Source of the DNA: Candidatus Odinarchaeota archaeon
GTDB lineage: Archaea > Asgardarchaeota > Odinarchaeia > Odinarchaeales > Odinarchaeaceae
Assembly (NCBI GenBank): GCA_038826135.1
Contig: JAWBON010000010.1
Span: 1 to 28,532 of the forward strand
Direction: 5' to 3'
Length of the DNA: 28,532 nt
In this document: positions 9,242-18,636 of the stretch, piece after piece
How positions within the stretch are numbered: the stretch's first letter is position 1
How the letters are laid out: each line of letters opens with the position of its first letter
Notes under the pieces: model-generated
Database searches by the model: none
Seen by the model: the letters and a program-made list of their open reading frames with translations, nothing else
Told to the model about the DNA's origin: nothing
Program-made: the position numbers and the translations under genes

Positions 9242-12066
9242 TTCAACACACCTCTTAAAAACAAGCCTGTATATGAATTCTTGTTTTCAGCCACCTGCTC
9301 CGGTGTGCCCTGCGCTATTACCAAACCACCGTTTTCACCACCCTCCGGGCCTAAGTCTATGACGTAATCAGCGCTTTTAATAACATCCAGGTTATGTTCT
9401 ATGATTATAACTGTGTTACCAGAGTCTACAAGCCTGTTCAGAACATCAAGCAATTTCTGTATATCGGAGAAGTGTAAGCCTGTGGTGGGCTCGTCAAGTA
9501 TGTAGAGGGTTCTACCGGTCTCCCTTTTACTAAGCTCCCTGCTCAGCTTTATTCTCTGCGCTTCGCCGCCTGAAAGAGTTGGAGCCTGCTGGCCTAGTTT
9601 AACATACCCGAGGCCAACATCTTGAACTGTTTTCAATATTCTTGTTATTTGAGGAATATTACTGAAAAACTCCATTGCTTGGTTAACACTCATGTTAAGA
9701 ACATCGTGTATATTCTTATCCTTGTATCTTATTTGAAGCGTCTCGACATTGAATCGCTTGCCATCGCACACCTCGCATGGAACGTAAATGTCTGGTAAAA
9801 AGTGCATCTCTATTTTTTTAAGACCCTGCCCCTCGCAGTTTTCACATCTACCGCCTTTAAGATTGAAACTGAAGCGGCCGGGTTTATATCCCCTCTTCTT
9901 AGCATCCGGGGTTTGAGAGAACAGATATCTTATCGGAGTCCAGACGCCTGTGTAAGTAGCTAGATTAGATCTAGGAGTTCTGCCTATAGGTGATTGATCA
10001 ATCATTATTACCTTATCTATTTTTTCTAATCCTTCGATACTATCGTGCTCGCCTGGAACGATTTTAGATTGGTGTAATCTCCTCATTAAACCTCTATATA
10101 AAACCTCATCTACAAGTGAGCTTTTCCCACTTCCAGAGACACCCGCCACCGCACAGAACACGCCTGTTGGAAAATCAACTGTTATATTTTTAAGATTATT
10201 GGCTCTAGCCCCTACGACTCTTATATATCCTTTAGGTTGTCTACGCTGTTCAGGTACCTGTATTTTCAATTCTCCGCGTAAATACTTAGCTGTTAAAGAC
10301 TCTTTACTGTTCATGATTATTTCTTCAGGCGGTCCGCAAGCTACAACCAAGCCGCCTTGCTCTCCAGCCCCCGGGCCTATATCAATTAAATAGTCAGCGT
10401 TTCTCATAGTTTCCTCATCATGCTCCACTACTAGAACCGTGTTGCCGAGATCTCTTAGAATCTTCAATGTGTTTATAAGCCGTAGATTATCTCTCGGATG
10501 TAAACCTATACTAGGTTCATCTAAAATGTAGATGACGCCCATAAGCCCTGAGCCGAGTTGGGTTGCTAGTCTAATACGCTGAGCTTCTCCGCCTGCTAAA
10601 GTCCTGCTTGAACGGCTTAAGGTTAAATAGTCTAAACCGACATTAATCAAGAACTCCAGGCGCTTCTTAATCTCTTTCAATATCTTATCAGCTATCATTA
10701 ATTCGAAATCTGATAATTTAAGATCGTTGATGAAATTGTAAAGCTGTTTTATCGACATATCTTCTAGTTCACTGATATTTTTCCCATGAACTTTCACAGC
10801 TAAACTCTCAGGCCTAAGTCTTTTACCATTACAGGATGGGCATGGAAGTTCAGCCATATACTGTTCTATTTCAATACGAGCAGCCAAGGATGGAGTCTGC
10901 CTGTATCTTCTTTCAAGATTAGGTATCACCCCTTCAAACTGTTTTCTAGTCTCCCAGTAATTACCGTTTCTTCCATTATAGGTGAATAATATAGGCTCCT
11001 CGCTACCGTACAGTATCAGATTCTGATATTTTTCATCAAGCTTGTTAAAAGGAGTATCTAGGCTGAAACCGTAGTGTTCAGCTAATGCGCGTAGCATGCT
11101 ATAATAGTAGGTGTTAGTAAATCCGCTGCCGAACGGTTTAATAGCGCCTTCAGCTATTGAGAGAGATTTATCAGGGACAACCAGGTCAGGGTCGATTTTC
11201 AGCAGAACACCTAATCCCTCACAAGTAGGGCACGCTCCGTAAGGTGAATTGAATGAGAACATTCTTGGAGTGAGTTTTTCTAATGTAACACCGCAATATG
11301 AGCAGCCGAAACTCCTACTTAACAGTATACTCTTATCCTCATCCACAAGGTAAACTATAACTAAATCTTTAGAATAGTTTAAAGCGGTTTCAACAGAGTC
11401 GGCTACTCTACGCCTAGTTTCCGGTTTAGCATCCTCTATAATCAGCCGGTCAATTACTATTTCAATATTATGCGTCTTATATTTATCAAGTTCAATGCTT
11501 TCCCTATCTAAACTATAGAATTTGCCGTCAACTCTCACTCTTATGAAACCGTCTTTCATTAACTGGTTTAAAAGATTCTGGTATTGTCCTTTTCTACCTC
11601 TTATGATCGGTGATAAAATCATTAATTTTTTACCGGTATATTTTAAAACTTCCTCTATTATCTGATCGGTTGTTAAAACATTTATCTCCCTGCCACATAT
11701 CCAGCAGTAAGGTCGCCCTATGTTTGCGAATAATAAGCGGAGATAGTCATGTATCTCTGTAACTGTTCCAACTGTTGAACGCGGATTTTTACTAACCGAT
11801 TTCTGATCTATCGCTATCGTGGGGCTTAAACCTGTAATCTGATCCACATCAGGTTTATCCATCTGCTCTATGAACTGGCGTGCATACGAGGAGAGGGACT
11901 CTATGTATCTACGCTGGCCTTCTGCATATATGGTATCAAATGCTAGAGAGGATTTACCGCTACCGCTTACACCAGTTATAACCACTAATCTGTCGCGTGG
12001 TATTGTAACATCTATATTCTGAAGATTATTCACCCTTGCACCTTTAACGATAATGCTTTTATTCAT
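9229..12066 (-). CDS. uvrA: Excinuclease ABC subunit A
   Basis: Two ABC ATPase modules (GVSGSGKSS twice, [27 protein letters not shown] twice) and intact zinc-finger Cys pairs; 945 aa. Confidence 0.98.
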   Translation of the reverse strand: MNKSIIVKGARVNNLQNIDVTIPRDRLVVITGVSGSGKSSLAFDTIYAEGQRRYIESLSSYARQFIEQMDKPDVDQITGLSPTIAIDQKSVSKNPRSTVGTVTEIHDYLRLLFANIGRPYCWICGREINVLTTDQIIEEVLKYTGKKLMILSPIIRGRKGQYQNLLNQLMKDGFIRVRVDGKFYSLDRESIELDKYKTHNIEIVIDRLIIEDAKPETRRRVADSVETALNYSKDLVIVYLVDEDKSILLSRSFGCSYCGVTLEKLTPRMFSFNSPYGACPTCEGLGVLLKIDPDLVVPDKSLSIAEGAIKPFGSGFTNTYYYSMLRALAEHYGFSLDTPFNKLDEKYQNLILYGSEEPILFTYNGRNGNYWETRKQFEGVIPNLERRYRQTPSLAARIEIEQYMAELPCPSCNGKRLRPESLAVKVHGKNISELEDMSIKQLYNFINDLKLSDFELMIADKILKEIKKRLEFLINVGLDYLTLSRSSRTLAGGEAQRIRLATQLGSGLMGVIYILDEPSIGLHPRDNLRLINTLKILRDLGNTVLVVEHDEETMRNADYLIDIGPGAGEQGGLVVACGPPEEIIMNSKESLTAKYLRGELKIQVPEQRRQPKGYIRVVGARANNLKNITVDFPTGVFCAVAGVSGSGKSSLVDEVLYRGLMRRLHQSKIVPGEHDSIEGLEKIDKVIMIDQSPIGRTPRSNLATYTGVWTPIRYLFSQTPDAKKRGYKPGRFSFNLKGGRCENCEGQGLKKIEMHFLPDIYVPCEVCDGKRFNVETLQIRYKDKNIHDVLNMSVNQAMEFFSNIPQITRILKTVQDVGLGYVKLGQQAPTLSGGEAQRIKLSRELSKRETGRTLYILDEPTTGLHFSDIQKLLDVLNRLVDSGNTVIIIEHNLDVIKSADYVIDLGPEGGENGGLVIAQGTPEQVAENKNSYTGLFLRGVLKRAS
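9249..9254 (-). promoter_or_regulatory. Shine-Dalgarno-like GAGGTG 7 nt before the in-frame ACG of uvrC
   Basis: The minus strand reads AGAGGTG-TGTTGAA-ACG. Other genes here have GGTG 5-8 nt before their start (21050, 21726, 23655, 25947). Confidence 0.55.
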
Positions 12067-12075
12067 ATATTATCA

Positions 12076-14061
12076 CTAACGATGATGGGCTACTAGATTC
12101 TTCTCCAATACTTTGATTTTATCCCTTATTTCAGCTGCTTTCTCAAATTCCAAGTTTTCAGCAAACTCATTCATCTTCATCTTTAAGCTTGTGACGTATA
12201 GATCAATGTCCGAGTCTGATAGTGCTAGAAGTTCTCTACGGGTTTCCTCGTCTAATACTTCAATGGTTTCCTGCATAGATGGTGCTATGTCACTTATCTT
12301 TTTAGTTATTGTGACCGGTATAATTCCGTGAAGCTGGTTGTATTCCAACTGAATCCTACGCCTTCGATTATTCTCTTCAATAGCTTTTCTCATAGAGTCC
12401 GTGATCTCATCAGCGTATAAGATGACGCGACCGTTAATATTCCTGGAAGCGCGTCCAATAATCTGGGTGAGGGAAGTATCTGAGCGTAGAAAACCCTCTT
12501 TATCAGCGTCTAGTATAGCTATAAGGGACACTTCAGGTAAATCCAGACCCTCTCTTAAAAGATTTATACCCACGACAACTTCGAATTTACCACTTCTAAG
12601 GTTTCTAAGTATTTTAACTCTTTCAATAGTATCCACTTCACTGTGAAGATACTCTGCTTTTATACCCGCTTCTATTAAGTATTCTGAGAGCTCTTCAGCC
12701 ATTCTCTTAGTCAGGGTTGTTACAAGCGTTCTCTCATTATTCAAGCGATTCTTGTTTATCTCGCTTATTAAATCATCTATCTGGTTTCTCGTTTCTCGAA
12801 CCTCTATAACAGGGTCTAGTAACCCGGTCGGTCTTATTATTAACTCTACTACCTGCTGCGCTTTCTTAAATTCGTATTCGCCTGGTGTAGCTGAAACGTA
12901 AACGACTTTCTTCAAGTATTCTTCAAACTCTTCGAATGTTATAGGCCGATTATCATAAGCGGAGGGTAATCTGAAACCGTAGTCGACTAGGTTCTTTTTA
13001 CGCATATAATCGCCGTGGGCCATAGCGTGGATCTGTGGTATTGTGAGATGAGATTCATCTATGAAGATGAGAAATTCCCCGTTAAAGTGATCTAGTAGGC
13101 AATAGGGTTTCTGACCAGCAGTTCTCCCGTCGAAATGTCTTGAATAGTTTTCTATACCTGTGCAGAACCCCATTTGCTTAAGCATTTCCATATCGTGTCT
13201 GGTGCGTTTCTCAAGCCTCTCCGCGTATAGATGCTTACCCATAGAGTGCAGTTCTCTAAGTCTCTGATTTAACTCCTCTTCGATTGTTGTAAGAGCTCGC
13301 TCGATTTTACTTTTAGTTGTGATGAACCTGCTGCCGGAGAAGACTTCAACCGCGCTGGCTTCCTTTAATGTTTTATAATTATAAGGTTCTAGAATGAGAA
13401 TTTTATCTATCATGTCTCCGAAGAACTCGAATCGGGCTATTTCATCACTATAAGAGAAATAGAGGTCAACTATGTCCCCTCTTACCCGGAATGTTCCCCT
13501 GTGAAAGTCGAAGTCATTTCTCTCATACTGTAGGTCAATAAGATCAGTGATGAAATTTTCCCGACTTATTTTCTGGTTTACCATGAATGTTTTACTTGTC
13601 ACTCTGAAATCTTCTGGTGAACCGGCTGGATAAAGACAGGAAACTGTAGCCACCACAGCTACGTCACGCCTTGTCGCCAAGGATTTCATTGTTGAAATCC
13701 GGAATTTCTCTATCTCCTCGTTTATAGAGTAGTCTTTAGCGATGTAAGTGTCTGTTGAAGGGACGTATGCTTCAGGCTGATAATAATCATAGTAGCTGAC
13801 ATAGTATTCAACCGCGTTCTCTGATAAGAACGACCTAAGCTCGGCTGTAATCTGAGCTGCTAAAGTCTTATTAGGCTCTATTATAATTGTAGGAAGATTA
13901 AGTTCAGCTATCACATTAGCTATCACGAATGTTTTACCGGAGCCGGTTATCCCGTACAGTACTTGATGACTTAAACCTTTTCTGAGGCCGTCAACTAATT
14001 GTCGAATAGCTTTCGGCTGATCCCCTCTTGGAGTTAGATCGGATGTTAATTTGAAACTCAT
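12076..14061 (-). CDS. uvrB: Excinuclease ABC subunit B
   Basis: GDQPKAI, GITGSGKTF, YYDYYQPEAYVP beta-hairpin, DESH, GINLLREGLDLPEVSL and C-terminal UVR LEFEKAAEIRD. Confidence 0.98.
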   Translation of the reverse strand: MSFKLTSDLTPRGDQPKAIRQLVDGLRKGLSHQVLYGITGSGKTFVIANVIAELNLPTIIIEPNKTLAAQITAELRSFLSENAVEYYVSYYDYYQPEAYVPSTDTYIAKDYSINEEIEKFRISTMKSLATRRDVAVVATVSCLYPAGSPEDFRVTSKTFMVNQKISRENFITDLIDLQYERNDFDFHRGTFRVRGDIVDLYFSYSDEIARFEFFGDMIDKILILEPYNYKTLKEASAVEVFSGSRFITTKSKIERALTTIEEELNQRLRELHSMGKHLYAERLEKRTRHDMEMLKQMGFCTGIENYSRHFDGRTAGQKPYCLLDHFNGEFLIFIDESHLTIPQIHAMAHGDYMRKKNLVDYGFRLPSAYDNRPITFEEFEEYLKKVVYVSATPGEYEFKKAQQVVELIIRPTGLLDPVIEVRETRNQIDDLISEINKNRLNNERTLVTTLTKRMAEELSEYLIEAGIKAEYLHSEVDTIERVKILRNLRSGKFEVVVGINLLREGLDLPEVSLIAILDADKEGFLRSDTSLTQIIGRASRNINGRVILYADEITDSMRKAIEENNRRRRIQLEYNQLHGIIPVTITKKISDIAPSMQETIEVLDEETRRELLALSDSDIDLYVTSLKMKMNEFAENLEFEKAAEIRDKIKVLEKNLVAHHR

Positions 14062-14080
14062 AAGCTATCCTTCGAATAAT

Positions 14081-14094
14081 TTTATCTAGATAAA
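14081..14094. promoter_or_regulatory. Perfect 14-bp palindrome TTTATCTAGATAAA upstream of uvrB (candidate operator)
   Basis: Self-complementary; lies 20-33 nt upstream of the uvrB ATG at 14061. Confidence 0.4.
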
Positions 14095-14333
14095 TATTTT
14101 ATTAAACTTCAGAGTTACAGACATTAACATGTGTATTTTAAAAATATGATATTTTTCCCTGGCAGCTTGCTCGCTATTAATTTATGAAATATAAGCGTTT
14201 TAATAAACGTTACGCAGCTTATTGAATAATGGTTTTATAGAATTAGAGCATATATTGAAGTGATAGCTAAGATTAGGAGGTTACGATAATAGAGACGAAG
14301 CGTAAAATTTTCGCTCTTATAAGAGATATAAAC

Positions 14334-14837
14334 ATGAAGTTAGCGGAAGAGTATCCTTTCGAGGGATTGGAGGGTTTTAAACAGCCGGAGCTGTCTAAGC
14401 AACTTACAGAGGTTTTAGAGAAAGCTTTAATCAGCCTTAATAATTTAACAAGCATATTAGAGAAGAGGCTTAAATTTCACAGTAACATGTGTGATATATA
14501 TAATATGTTAAGTAGAGAAGAATCGGAAGTTGACTTTAAAAATCTCGGTTTACTTTACGAGGCGGCTACTGGGGAAGTTGAAAAATTGATGAATGAGATG
14601 AGTGAGGGGATTAAGAAGTTAGAGGAGGATTTACCTTTTCTAAAACGATTGATCAATACTATAGAGCTCACTGTCAGCAGAGTTAACTTGTATAAGAAAA
14701 TCGTCGAGTACAATGAGGAGAAAGGTAAAAGCAAACTTTCCACACTGGCTAAACTATTAAAGAATAGTAAACTCGACGAGATAGATGAACTTGTAGAATA
14801 CGTTTATGATAGAATCAGAAACGCAGATAAGCTTTAA
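14334..14837 (+). CDS. Hypothetical all-helical/coiled-coil protein (start possibly about 45 nt further upstream)
   Basis: 167-aa ORF with heptad-like Leu/Glu/Lys pattern and no recognised family. The frame is open back to the TAG at 14274, just around an AGGAGGT motif. Confidence 0.6.
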   Translation: MKLAEEYPFEGLEGFKQPELSKQLTEVLEKALISLNNLTSILEKRLKFHSNMCDIYNMLSREESEVDFKNLGLLYEAATGEVEKLMNEMSEGIKKLEEDLPFLKRLINTIELTVSRVNLYKKIVEYNEEKGKSKLSTLAKLLKNSKLDEIDELVEYVYDRIRNADKL

Positions 14838-15448
14838 ATTAAATCAAGACCGCAATTCGGGCAGAAACGAGCCCCGTTCAATGTGATTTTAAAACCGCAG
14901 TGAGGGCAGAATATACCAGTTGAAGCGGCGGGCGGGTAGGGTTTGATGTCTAAGGGGATTCTTTCAAACTCCGCTTGACTTTTATTATTTAACGGTATGG
15001 TAAAACTAGGTTCAATTACAACCGGTGTGACTGTTTCAGACTCCTTTCTAGGTTTCTCTCTTACAGGTCGACCTAGCTCCACGTTTGTCTTTTCTAAAAG
15101 CTCGTCCTCTTTTTTAGAAAGCTTACGCCAGTCACTTAAACTATAGGTTTTTTTAAGAACCTGGTATTTAGGGATAGGCCCGGTAAGTTCGATAACAGAC
15201 TTGTCGCGAAGCTTAAGGATCAGCTTATTCTTCTCTTTATAAATGTATTCTTTAACTTTGTAATGCGGGATCAGATATATTCTATCATCATTATTTTTAT
15301 AGTATAATCTATAGTTTGTTAAAATAAAATTATCCCAGTAAACTACTACTTTTTCATTTAACAATCTAGGGTATTTTATTAAAAAATCTAGTACTGTGTC
15401 GCTGAGACTTTCATCCAGCGGCCAATCGGAAAGAGGTTCTTTAGACAT
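14834..15448 (-). CDS. PH-like (bPH/GRAM-type) domain protein with Pro-rich linker and C-terminal zinc ribbon
   Basis: FILTNYRLYY (LTxxRL) followed by beta strands; C-terminal CPHCG..FCPNCG. Confidence 0.55.
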   Translation of the reverse strand: MSKEPLSDWPLDESLSDTVLDFLIKYPRLLNEKVVVYWDNFILTNYRLYYKNNDDRIYLIPHYKVKEYIYKEKNKLILKLRDKSVIELTGPIPKYQVLKKTYSLSDWRKLSKKEDELLEKTNVELGRPVREKPRKESETVTPVVIEPSFTIPLNNKSQAEFERIPLDIKPYPPAASTGIFCPHCGFKITLNGARFCPNCGLDLI

Positions 15449-15524
15449 ATTTGATCGCTTCTAGTTTTTTCATTTTCATATACTCACACGTTTATTTAAG
15501 TTTTATGTAGTAAAACTACATATT

Positions 15525-16325
15525 CTAAATCATTTCGATCAGTCTCTGACGATTAAAAACTCTCACACTAACAAATATTAAAACAATAACAATACAAGCA
15601 ACCACCACCAAATAGATAGCAATCACAAGCAGAGATAACGGAACAGCCCCAAATATTTGAGTAAAGAATAATATCAGTATCGGAATAATAACCACTCCGC
15701 CAACCTGGGACGCTTCTCTAACACGTTGAACCTTACTTGACACAATAACCATCGCGAAAACTGTTAACAGACTCATAAGAGGGATTCCGATAATATACAG
15801 TATCATAATCGGTACTACAGGGTAAATTATAAAACCGAAGACTGGGAAACCGATAATATTAAGGGATATAATACTAAGAGATGTTGAAAGACAGCTGGCA
15901 GCTAAAGCCGGTATTAGAGATGTTAAAGTTTTACCGAGTAATAATTCAAAGTCTGTTATAGGAGCCGCTAGAACAGGTTCAAGTGTTTTACGCTCCTTCT
16001 CACCTGCGAAACTGTCAGCGGCTATGTAAACAGGTATCATTAAAGGTTGAACTAGGTTAAGAAGACCCCCGTAAAGGTTTATGAAGAAAATATAGAATTG
16101 CCCACCAGAAGGTATTAGATCCCAGTTAGGTGTAAGCGGTGGTATAACGTAACCTGGAATCGTTTCCCCTATCATAGGAAGCGAAATCCAGGCTAAAATA
16201 GTGGGCATTAAAAAACCCAGTACTACAGGAACAGCTAAAATCATTGAAAGAATCAGTTTACTCCGAAGAACAATTTCTCTAAGCTCTTTTCTAGCAACTG
16301 TAATAGATAATTCTAGTCTGATCAT
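15525..16325 (-). CDS. ABC-2 type transporter permease
   Basis: ARKELREI, AADSFAGEKERKTLEPVLAAP, LLLGK and about 6 TM segments; abuts the ATPase gene. Confidence 0.92.
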   Translation of the reverse strand: MIRLELSITVARKELREIVLRSKLILSMILAVPVVLGFLMPTILAWISLPMIGETIPGYVIPPLTPNWDLIPSGGQFYIFFINLYGGLLNLVQPLMIPVYIAADSFAGEKERKTLEPVLAAPITDFELLLGKTLTSLIPALAASCLSTSLSIISLNIIGFPVFGFIIYPVVPIMILYIIGIPLMSLLTVFAMVIVSSKVQRVREASQVGGVVIIPILILFFTQIFGAVPLSLLVIAIYLVVVACIVIVLIFVSVRVFNRQRLIEMI

Positions 16326-17270
16326 TCACTCGCCTCTAATCAACGTCATATATAGATCTTCTAAAGTTTTCTCGCTCTCACTTAAAGAAATAATTTGAGC
16401 ACCAGCTTGAACAAGTGTTTTTATAAGAGATGGGTTAACTTTATCAGCGTCACTGCATTTATAATAGATTTTATTATCTGAATATTTGATATCACTTATT
16501 CCAGTTACACCTTCCACAATCTTTTTTAATTCAGGCTTAAACTCTAACAATTTAACTTCGAATTCGCGATAACCCCAAATCTTTCTCTTCAAATCAGCTA
16601 TTCTACCCACAGAGACGACTTTCCCCTTATTAATGACAGCGATCTTAGAGCACAGGTTTTCAATCTCAGCAAGGTGATGGCTTGATATTAGAATCGTGGT
16701 TTTCACACTACTACTTAATTTTTTAATATATTGTTTCAATTTAGCGCTCATAGCAGGGTCAAGATTACTTGTAGGCTCATCTAAAAGTAAAAGTTTAGGC
16801 TGATGTATAAGCGCTCTAGCTAACGCCACTTTCTGGCGCATACCCATACTGAATTTTCCAACAAACGTGTTTTTAACATCCTGCAGATCTAGAAAAGAAA
16901 GCAGTGAATCAATACGGTTATCAAGGTCTACACCTTTCAAACCATACAGTTTACCGTAAAACTCAAGGTTCTCTTGAGCAGTTAATCTATCGTAAAGAGC
17001 TCTGTTCTCAGGCAGAACTCCTACAATTGAACGGATGACATTAACATCTGTGCTCAGCTTATAGCCGTATATTTCAGCATCACCATCAGATGGTTTAATC
17101 ACTCCTGCTAGTAATCTAATCGTGGTGGTTTTACCAGCCCCATTAGGGCCAAGTAAACCGAAGATAGAGCCCTCCTCTATCTCATAAGAGTTTTGATCTA
17201 AAGCAATCTTACCGTTGAAACTCTTAGTTAACTTATCTAAAACCACCACACTACTCCTCGTCGGAGACAT
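16326..17270 (-). CDS. ABC transporter ATP-binding protein (ABC-2/exporter type)
   Basis: Walker A GPNGAGKTT, signature FSMGM, Walker B LLLLDEP and H-loop SSH. The likely true start is a GTG after GAGGAG a few codons in. Confidence 0.95.
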   Translation of the reverse strand: MSPTRSSVVVLDKLTKSFNGKIALDQNSYEIEEGSIFGLLGPNGAGKTTTIRLLAGVIKPSDGDAEIYGYKLSTDVNVIRSIVGVLPENRALYDRLTAQENLEFYGKLYGLKGVDLDNRIDSLLSFLDLQDVKNTFVGKFSMGMRQKVALARALIHQPKLLLLDEPTSNLDPAMSAKLKQYIKKLSSSVKTTILISSHHLAEIENLCSKIAVINKGKVVSVGRIADLKRKIWGYREFEVKLLEFKPELKKIVEGVTGISDIKYSDNKIYYKCSDADKVNPSLIKTLVQAGAQIISLSESEKTLEDLYMTLIRGE

Positions 17271-17314
17271 GAATACAATATTAAAAGTTTCCTATTATAA
17301 ACATTACAGTGTAT

Positions 17315-18553
17315 TTAAGTTTTAAACAAAAATTCATCAAGCCTCTTCTGATTTTTAAAGAACTTGTATAACCTGCTTTTATTAACCCAAAGTTCAAAAC
17401 TTATTTTTAATCCTTCACACGCAGCTTTTAAAGCTGTTTCAAAGTCGCTGTAGACTGAAGGCGGGTTTTTTAAAGCGTACCTCACATTCTCCCTAATCTG
17501 CCAGACACCCACAGGTATGGTGTATTCAGGTCTGATCTCTCTTAAAATTATCACAGCCGCTTGACGCCTTATCTTATAAAGATACTCGCAGACGGCTAGA
17601 CGGGAAGCATAGTAGGCGCCGGCTACAGAGCTCGCGTAATCTTTTCTTCCCTCGTAAAACTCACAGTCACCTATGATGACGGGGGTTGAAGCCCACTTGG
17701 ACCAAACTGTTCCAGGGGACCAGGCTTCTAACTGTTCAAAAGCCCAGGCCGCAGGTATTAGAATTATCCTAAACTCGTTATTCAGGTAAGATGATTTAAA
17801 GAGAAGAACACTATCAATTATTTTATTATATTTAACTTCCTCTAATAATGTATTTGAAATATTCGAGTCAACAGCCGTTATACTCCACCTTGTTGGCACA
17901 ATCCGCCTATTTTTCCCCAGACCGATAAGCCCGGAACTTAAAATCCGCGTTATAAAGCTTACTGAGAAACCCTCCCTGTACAGTAAGGTCATAGCTTCAC
18001 GGGAGTTTAAGTCAATGTCCCTGTAGACGTAGTCGACTTTAGGATGTATACTAGGATTTTCCTCAACATTAACTTCAGCTATCTTTCCGGAAGCCCCCCA
18101 CGGTGCTGAGACACTGTCAAAGCTTATACGCGTAGAATATATTTTCTCAACTTTAACCGATGTTAAAACTGGTTTACAAGCCATGGCTATTAGAAAACTG
18201 TTTTCGAGAAGCTTACTATTCAACGCTGCGCGGTTTAAATTAAAAGATGACCGGAAAAGCATACCTCTAAGTCTTACTATTTCATGAATACTCTTACCAA
18301 ACCATCGATCTGTTTCATCAATATCATTTAGCTTGGAAACAGGTTCTAACGCTATAAGAGGCCCTAAAGATACTTGCGGGTAATTATAATGGCCGACGAA
18401 CACCCCTGGAGGGCTTTCCGATGTGAAATCTCTGGTCAACTTCAGTTTCCTAATATTTTTCAAAATAGGAAGCCTTAACAGTATAGGACATGTAGGCTCA
18501 CCGCATAGTAGTCGGGAGCCTTTACATATAACGCATAGAGATGGGTGCTTCAC
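17315..18553 (-). CDS. nreA: Nre family DNA repair protein (PCNA-interacting)
   Basis: N-terminal CVICKGSRLLCGEPTCP, SPPGVFVGHYNYP, RRIVPTRWSITAVDS, AGAYYASRLAV, PVGVWQIRENVR and C-terminal PIP box QKRLDEFL. Confidence 0.93.
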   Translation of the reverse strand: MKHPSLCVICKGSRLLCGEPTCPILLRLPILKNIRKLKLTRDFTSESPPGVFVGHYNYPQVSLGPLIALEPVSKLNDIDETDRWFGKSIHEIVRLRGMLFRSSFNLNRAALNSKLLENSFLIAMACKPVLTSVKVEKIYSTRISFDSVSAPWGASGKIAEVNVEENPSIHPKVDYVYRDIDLNSREAMTLLYREGFSVSFITRILSSGLIGLGKNRRIVPTRWSITAVDSNISNTLLEEVKYNKIIDSVLLFKSSYLNNEFRIILIPAAWAFEQLEAWSPGTVWSKWASTPVIIGDCEFYEGRKDYASSVAGAYYASRLAVCEYLYKIRRQAAVIILREIRPEYTIPVGVWQIRENVRYALKNPPSVYSDFETALKAACEGLKISFELWVNKSRLYKFFKNQKRLDEFLFKT

Positions 18554-18636
18554 TAGCCCACACCACCATTAATATAATAGAATTATATGTTTAATAAGTT
18601 AATACACTACTTGTCAATATCAGGAAAGATAGGGAT

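Noticed and set aside
8469-12646. + strand ORFs 8469-8810, 10199-10393, 12113-12331 and 12401-12646
   Set aside because: Antisense shadows of uvrC, uvrA and uvrB; Ser/Leu/Phe-rich with no motifs.
14273-14743. - strand ORFs 14273-14455 and 14555-14743
   Set aside because: Shadows of the 14334 gene, whose product looks more like a natural protein.
16201-16398. 65-aa + strand ORF
   Set aside because: Antisense to the ABC genes.
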